Position numbers and translations under genes: made by a program. The notes beneath the pieces are model-generated. The model did not search any database, had not been told where the DNA came from, and saw only the letters and a list, made by a program, of their open reading frames with translations. Positions 58,669 through 64,000 of a stretch of 64,000 nt of DNA are shown here, piece by piece (position 1 is the first letter of the stretch; every line of letters starts with the position of its first letter). Source of the stretch: a virus; IMG/VR virus record IMGVR_UViG_3300028800_000004, positions 1-64,000 of that record, one strand, 5' to 3'.

Positions 58669-58976
58669 GTCCGAACTTTTTTTATGTTTATAAAGTAACG
58701 TACGTCAGACCCGGACATGCCGGATATGTTCCCGCTTCGGGGTGGACTGTACACGTCTTAGCCGAGAGTGTAGAGGAGGCTATCGAAGCGGCAGAACAGT
58801 ATCTCGCCTGCCTTGGAACAAACGACGAAGGTCCGGGAAATTTGATATACGAAATACTTTCCGTGCAGAGGCTATTTGAAGTGTTTTGTGGGTTAGATGC
58901 CGCGCAAATAGGAGAGTTAGAATCGACGGTAGAAGACGATCTTAGGCCGTCTACGAGGGAGACACTACGGGGGTAG
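58665..58976 (+). CDS. hypothetical protein
   Basis: 103-aa ORF. Confidence 0.55.
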   Translation: MSPNFFYVYKVTYVRPGHAGYVPASGWTVHVLAESVEEAIEAAEQYLACLGTNDEGPGNLIYEILSVQRLFEVFCGLDAAQIGELESTVEDDLRPSTRETLRG

Positions 58977-58977
58977 C

Positions 58978-59202
58978 ATGGGAGTAGACATGATTAACAG
59001 GCCACCGCACTACGCGAGACTGGACCCCGAGCCTATAGACGTTATAGAAGCTTGGGGGCTAGGGTACCATCTGGCTACTGCGGTAAAGTATATTAGCCGA
59101 GCGGGGCATAAGGAAGATGAAATACAAGACTTAGAAAAAGCAGTATGGTTCTTGAACCGGAAAATCCAACAACTAAAAAATGAAAAAGAAAACGGTATCT
59201 GA
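58978..59202 (+). CDS. DUF3310-like protein
   Basis: NRPPHY...EPIDVIEAWGLGYHLATAVKYISRAGHK...DLEKAVWFL. Confidence 0.6.
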   Translation: MGVDMINRPPHYARLDPEPIDVIEAWGLGYHLATAVKYISRAGHKEDEIQDLEKAVWFLNRKIQQLKNEKENGI

Positions 59203-59566
59203 AACCGCACAAGAAATTATCGAGTACTGGCAACCTATACTCCGTCTCCAGAACTGGAAAATCACAGTAACAGTAGTAGAAGATGTTAAAGACATTCGGT
59301 GCTTTGCGACCAATACGCAAGACCCCCATTACGAAATCTCTTCTATATCTGTTCTCAACCCAGAAAAAATCCCTCCCGAATGGAAGGGATGCAAAGATTT
59401 GGAAGTCACAATTGTGCATGAGCTTATGCACACGCGCCTTATTTATGTGGCACCTAGACCTAAGAAGAACAAAAGAAAAAGCTGGCAATTAGAAATGGCC
59501 GTCGAGACCATCGCTAAAGCATTAGTAGCCAGCAGACGGGGCGTAGACCCAGAGGATATTAAGTGA
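59180..59566 (+). CDS. putative zinc metallopeptidase
   Basis: IVHELMHTRL (HExxH). Confidence 0.45.
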   Translation: MKKKTVSETAQEIIEYWQPILRLQNWKITVTVVEDVKDIRCFATNTQDPHYEISSISVLNPEKIPPEWKGCKDLEVTIVHELMHTRLIYVAPRPKKNKRKSWQLEMAVETIAKALVASRRGVDPEDIK

Positions 59567-61422
59567 AAGAATGGAGCAACCTTGCCAAGGTCGTTTACCG
59601 TAGAACCTATAGCCGCAAGGATGAGGGTAATCTAGAGAATTGGGATCAAACAATCGAGCGAGTCATCGCTGGGAACGTGAAGGGAAAGAATGTACCTGAG
59701 TCGGAAGTTAAGGAACTTCTTAGGCTAGCTAAGGAGAGGAAAGCTGGTCCTGCCGGTAGAGGATACTGGTTCTCCGGCGCACCCAGCCACTCCAAAATCG
59801 GAGGCGCTGCCCTCAACAACTGCTGGTTCTTAACAGCCGAAGAGTGGCATAGCTTCGTTATCGCGCAAGACCTTCTTATGCTGGGAGGGGGCGTAGGACT
59901 GAGCGTCGAGCACCGCTTTACCAGCAAGTTGCCTAAAGTGAAGAAGGATGTTATCATTGTTCACAAAGGCACCAACGACGCAGATTACATTGTACCGGAT
60001 AGCAGGGAAGGATGGTGCGAACTTACCTACAGATGTTTGGAGAGTTACTTCGTTACCGGCAAAAGCTTTAGCTACTCGACGGTCTGTCTTCGCGGGTCCG
60101 GAGAACCAATCGTGGGATTCGGAGGAGTCTCTAGTGGGCCGATTCCTCTTATCGACTTCGTAAAGAATATATCTTCGATCTTGACAAACCGTTCTGGACG
60201 TAGTATAAGACCTATAGATGCGGCGGATATCCTTACCGCGATTGGGCAGATGGTTGTAAGCGGAAACGTCCGTAGATCGGCTATCATCATCCTCGGCGAT
60301 TGCTGGGATAAAGAGTACCTGAAAGCGAAGCGTTGGGACTTGGGGCAGATACCCTCCCATCGTAGCAAGGCGAACTACTCAGTGGTGTGCGATGATGTAG
60401 AAGACCTACATCCTTTATTTTGGAAGACTTACGAGCAGGGAGAACCATTTGGGATTGTTAACCGAACCAATATTCAACGGTACGGAAGAATGGGGGAACT
60501 TAAACCCGACGCCGCTATCGGCGTTAACCCTTGTGCTGAAGCAACCCTCGAACACGGGGAACCGTGTAACCTTACAGAGACGGCATTGTGTAATATTGAA
60601 GATGAGCGGGAACTGCTATCGGTGGTTCGATATATGCAGCGATACGCCAAACGAGTTACTTTAGAGAAATACCATCACAAGGTATCAGATGAGGTTATCA
60701 AAAGGAATAGAAGAACGGGTAACGGTATTACGGGCTGCTTGGCGAGTCCGCTATTTGTTCCGGAAATTCTTGATCGTGCGTATAATGCGATACAGGACGA
60801 AGACGAGAAGTACTCCAAAGAGCTTGGCGTACCGCGCAGCAAGCGCACTACTGTGGTTAAGCCGTCTGGGACAATAAGCAAGGTAATGGACTGCATGGGG
60901 TACGAGGGCATACACGCGGCATTCTCTAGGTACATGGTACAGAGAGTCCGGTTCGCTTCGAATGACCCTTTGCTGCCTAAGCTAAAAGCAGCGGGGCACT
61001 ACATGGAACCCCAGAATGATTTTGGGGTTGTTGATCCGGGGACAATGGTGGTAGACTTTTACCAGCAGGCACCAGAAGGTTTTCCAGTTGCGGACGAGGA
61101 CTGGACAACTTGGAAGCAATTGGATATACTGAAAATGGCTCAGAAACATTGGGCAGACCAAGCGGTGTCGGTTACTGTGTACTACAAAAGAGAGGATATC
61201 CCACAGCTAAAAATCTGGGTCTCGGAGAATCTTCAGTACTTGAAAAGCATTAGCTTTTTATGCCATAACGACCACGGGTTTAAGCAGGCCCCCAAGGAAG
61301 CAATTACGAGGGAGCGGTACGAGAAACTTTCAAGCAAGATTAAACCAATTGAGTTTGACGATATCGGAGAAGGTGATATGATCCAAGAAGAGTGCGAAGG
61401 GGGAGCATGTCCGGTAAGATAA
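59563..61422 (+). CDS. nrdJ: class II (B12-dependent) ribonucleotide reductase-like
   Basis: N-terminal YRRTYSR...NWDQTIERV, NPCAE active-site Cys context, C-terminal CEGGACPV redox tail. Confidence 0.75.
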   Translation: MKEWSNLAKVVYRRTYSRKDEGNLENWDQTIERVIAGNVKGKNVPESEVKELLRLAKERKAGPAGRGYWFSGAPSHSKIGGAALNNCWFLTAEEWHSFVIAQDLLMLGGGVGLSVEHRFTSKLPKVKKDVIIVHKGTNDADYIVPDSREGWCELTYRCLESYFVTGKSFSYSTVCLRGSGEPIVGFGGVSSGPIPLIDFVKNISSILTNRSGRSIRPIDAADILTAIGQMVVSGNVRRSAIIILGDCWDKEYLKAKRWDLGQIPSHRSKANYSVVCDDVEDLHPLFWKTYEQGEPFGIVNRTNIQRYGRMGELKPDAAIGVNPCAEATLEHGEPCNLTETALCNIEDERELLSVVRYMQRYAKRVTLEKYHHKVSDEVIKRNRRTGNGITGCLASPLFVPEILDRAYNAIQDEDEKYSKELGVPRSKRTTVVKPSGTISKVMDCMGYEGIHAAFSRYMVQRVRFASNDPLLPKLKAAGHYMEPQNDFGVVDPGTMVVDFYQQAPEGFPVADEDWTTWKQLDILKMAQKHWADQAVSVTVYYKREDIPQLKIWVSENLQYLKSISFLCHNDHGFKQAPKEAITRERYEKLSSKIKPIEFDDIGEGDMIQEECEGGACPVR

Positions 61423-62651
61423 AAACAAGTTCTGTCCCTTCCTTGCGGAATTGGATAGAACAACTAGAAGAAGAAATGGAAAAGGAGAGCATGGCTTACA
61501 CATTAGGATTGGCGAAAGCGAAAAAGAAGATGGATATCTTAGCAGAACAACCCGAGAAGCAGCCCGGTGTCGGCTTTGGCTTGAAGACGTATTTTCTCAA
61601 GCAGGGTAACACCTTTACCGTTAGCTCCGAGGGCGCGTTAGACCTTCACGAAAAGCTTCCTGTTGGGAACTATGTTGTTAAAGTCAGCATGGATAGAGGA
61701 TTTTATCTAGAGAAGACGGAGAACTTTTCTATTCCCAGCAAGATTTACGGGGACACGCCCAAAACGGCAGAGCGTATTCTCAACACGTTCCACGAGCGCA
61801 ATACCTCTACCGGCGTTCTTCTGTGCGGACAGATGGGTAGTGGCAAGACCCTTCTGGCTAAGTTGATTGGCGCAGAGGGAGCGAGTCTCGGTATTCCTAC
61901 CCTTATCGTTAACAGCCCTTTCTGCGGGGATGCTTTCAACAGCTTTATCGCCACCATCACCCAACCAGTGATCGTGTTCTTTGACGAGTTCGAGAAGGTG
62001 TACGACGAGGAGCACCAGCAAGCCTTGCTCACCCTGTTTGACGGCGTGTTTGGTAACAAGAAATTGTTCCTTACCACGTCCAACAACAAGTGGAAGATCG
62101 ACGTTCACATGAAGAACCGCCCCGGAAGATTTTTCTATTTCTTGGAATTCTTTGGTCTGGACTACGACTTCATCCGTGAGTACTGCGAACTGAATCTGCT
62201 AGACCAGAAGTACACGGAGCAGGTGTGCGTGCTGTCTACTCTGTACGAGGACTTCAACTTCGACATGCTTCAAGCATTGGTCGAGGAAGTCAATCGGTAC
62301 GACGAGTCTCCGCGTCAGGCAGTGAAGTTCCTTAACGTCAAGCCCACCAACACCGTTCAGGGTAAGTACACTGTTACCTTCTTGAACAGCGGACAGGAGT
62401 TCAAGGACGAGAACCTGTATACGTCAACTTGGGGTGGTAGCCCATTGACCCAACAAATCGAAATCACGTACGCAGTCGGCAAAGACGAGGACGGGGATAT
62501 CGAGTGGGAACAGGCGGAGTTCACTCCGGATAACGTCAAGTTTCTTGATGTTCGGAACGGCATCATCAAGTTCAAGAACAGCAAGAACCAAGAGCTAACC
62601 CTAACCAGAAAAGCAGACACCAAAGAGTTTGACTACGAGAAGTATCTGTGA
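61407..62651 (+). CDS. AAA+ ATPase
   Basis: [31 protein letters not shown]. Confidence 0.7.
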   Translation: MSGKIKTSSVPSLRNWIEQLEEEMEKESMAYTLGLAKAKKKMDILAEQPEKQPGVGFGLKTYFLKQGNTFTVSSEGALDLHEKLPVGNYVVKVSMDRGFYLEKTENFSIPSKIYGDTPKTAERILNTFHERNTSTGVLLCGQMGSGKTLLAKLIGAEGASLGIPTLIVNSPFCGDAFNSFIATITQPVIVFFDEFEKVYDEEHQQALLTLFDGVFGNKKLFLTTSNNKWKIDVHMKNRPGRFFYFLEFFGLDYDFIREYCELNLLDQKYTEQVCVLSTLYEDFNFDMLQALVEEVNRYDESPRQAVKFLNVKPTNTVQGKYTVTFLNSGQEFKDENLYTSTWGGSPLTQQIEITYAVGKDEDGDIEWEQAEFTPDNVKFLDVRNGIIKFKNSKNQELTLTRKADTKEFDYEKYL

Positions 62652-63619
62652 GTATTTCTGATTCAGTAGCTCAAATAGAAAAGCAATTTGGGAAAGGCTC
62701 CGTTATGCAGTTAGGTGCTAAAGGGGCCTTAATTCCCGTTGACAGCATATCGACTGGGTGCTTAAGCTTAGACTCAGCGTTAGGCATTGGCGGTCTCCCG
62801 AAGGGGAGAATAATCGAGGTGTTCGGTCCGGAGTCTTCGGGCAAGACAACTCTATCTTTACAGGTAATTGCAGAGGCTCAGAAGCTAGGAGGAGGGGCCG
62901 CTTTCGTTGACGCGGAGCACGCTCTCGATCCTATCTACGCCAAAAGACTTGGTGTGGATACTGACAGCTTATGGGTATCCCAGCCGGATTCCGGAGAACA
63001 AGCACTGGAGATTACAGAGGCTTTGATTCGCTCTGGAGAGATCGCAGTGCTGGTTGTGGACTCTGTGGCTGCGCTCGTGCCTAAGGCAGAGCTAGAAGGC
63101 GATATGGGAGACTCCCACATGGCCCTACAAGCTAGGCTGATGGCTCAGGCGTTGCGTAAGCTGAACAGCACCGTATCCAAGACTAAGACTGTTCTTATCT
63201 TCATTAACCAGTTAAGAGATAGTATGTCGAAGTACGGGCCGTCTGAAACCACCACGGGAGGAAAGGCTCTCAAGTTCTATGCCTCGGTCAGAATCGATAT
63301 CCGTCGCATCGCGTATATCAAAGATTCTAAAGAGGATAACATCGGTTCTCGCACTGTAGCGAAGATCGTAAAAAACAAACTGGCCGCACCTTTCAAGAAG
63401 GCTGAGTTCGATATCATGTACGGAGAGGGTATCAGTCGAGAAGGTGACAGCTTAGACCTCGCAGCCGCAGCAGGGATCGTGGAAAAATCCGGAAGCTGGT
63501 ATAGCTACGGAGGGGAAAGACTGGGGCAAGGAAGAGAGAAGGCAAAAGAATTTCTCAAAGAGAACCCAAAGATTCTACAGAAGATAGAAGAAGAGATCAA
63601 AACAAAACCCCCGGTTTAG
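62648..63619 (+). CDS. recA: RecA recombinase
   Basis: [44 protein letters not shown]: near-canonical bacterial RecA. Confidence 0.97.
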   Translation: MSISDSVAQIEKQFGKGSVMQLGAKGALIPVDSISTGCLSLDSALGIGGLPKGRIIEVFGPESSGKTTLSLQVIAEAQKLGGGAAFVDAEHALDPIYAKRLGVDTDSLWVSQPDSGEQALEITEALIRSGEIAVLVVDSVAALVPKAELEGDMGDSHMALQARLMAQALRKLNSTVSKTKTVLIFINQLRDSMSKYGPSETTTGGKALKFYASVRIDIRRIAYIKDSKEDNIGSRTVAKIVKNKLAAPFKKAEFDIMYGEGISREGDSLDLAAAAGIVEKSGSWYSYGGERLGQGREKAKEFLKENPKILQKIEEEIKTKPPV

Positions 63620-63640
63620 GCCGGGGGTTCTTTATTCTTC
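63606..63640. terminator. bidirectional rho-independent terminator
   Basis: AACCCCCGG-TTTAGG-CCGGGGGTT, with T-rich tracts on both strands, between convergent genes. Confidence 0.75.
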
Positions 63641-64000
63641 GGATTCAATTACCGGAGCTATTCGTTGCGCTCGTTTGAAGATCGGGTCCTCTGCTCTTTC
63701 GGCAGGGGTGAAATCCTTACGAGCTTTCTTAAGATAGCTCTTTGCTTTTTTGGTGATTAGTTTCTCCAGCACTTGCTTCTCTGAAGGGTTAGCAGTATCC
63801 CATACGGTCAACGCCCCACCGAAGTCGAGGCGGCTAACACGGGAATACAATCTAGCCGTTTCTGGGTCTTCCCCGGCAGTCTCCTTGACGTTCTTGATGA
63901 TCGCCTTGGCGTCCGCTTCCGGAAGATTACCTTGGTCTACCATCTGGGACAAATCTGCCGTTCTCAAGTTCCCTTGACGCATCTGATCCTCTAACTGGAG
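63632..64000 (-). CDS. hypothetical protein, 5'-truncated by the window edge
   Basis: ORF is open to position 64000 upstream of the first Met at 63982. Confidence 0.5.
   Translation of the reverse strand, partial: LQLEDQMRQGNLRTADLSQMVDQGNLPEADAKAIIKNVKETAGEDPETARLYSRVSRLDFGGALTVWDTANPSEKQVLEKLITKKAKSYLKKARKDFTPAERAEDPIFKRAQRIAPVIESEE

Noticed and set aside
4600-63619. Global TAG reassignment within this window
   Set aside because: Many genes end in TAG and are followed at proper spacing by an RBS and the next start. No long ORF is interrupted by a single TAG.

Overview
The window reads as part of a large dsDNA phage or prophage genome, about 49% GC, with dense, mostly translationally coupled genes and strong GGAG-type ribosome-binding sites. 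Positions 1-4074 are a minus-strand module. It holds a cluster of tRNA and tRNA-like genes (Pro, Ala, Trp, a CUA-anticodon suppressor-type tRNA and two aberrant ones), a GGQ release-factor-like gene, an SprT-like protease and small ORFs. From 4.6 kb to 63.6 kb almost everything is on the plus strand. First come early small genes driven by a repeated promoter module and several paralogous small-protein families. Then comes a J-domain/pseudokinase plus vWA block, followed by a PurA/PurZ-like synthetase. A long DNA and nucleotide metabolism block follows: DUF550 and MazG pyrophosphohydrolases, family A polymerase, SSB, Rad52-like annealase, UvrD helicase, Cas4-like nuclease, primase-helicase, class II RNR, RecA, Endo VII, HNH and GIY-YIG endonucleases, an integrase, a lysozyme, phosphatases and AAA+ ATPases. 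Seven clean cloverleaf tRNAs are present (Ala, Lys, Met, Arg, Leu x2, plus the CUA tRNA), along with Trp and Pro calls with minor irregularities and two aberrant tRNA-like genes. The most interesting feature is at 31.25-34.06 kb. A Ro60/Rsr-type TROVE-vWA gene is preceded by a tandem array of five Y RNA-like ncRNA genes. Their terminal helices show compensatory base changes, and two carry tRNA-mimic modules. A sixth copy sits inside the tRNA cluster at 288-363. No rRNA or CRISPR array was found. All functional calls rest on motifs read by eye; no database search was run.
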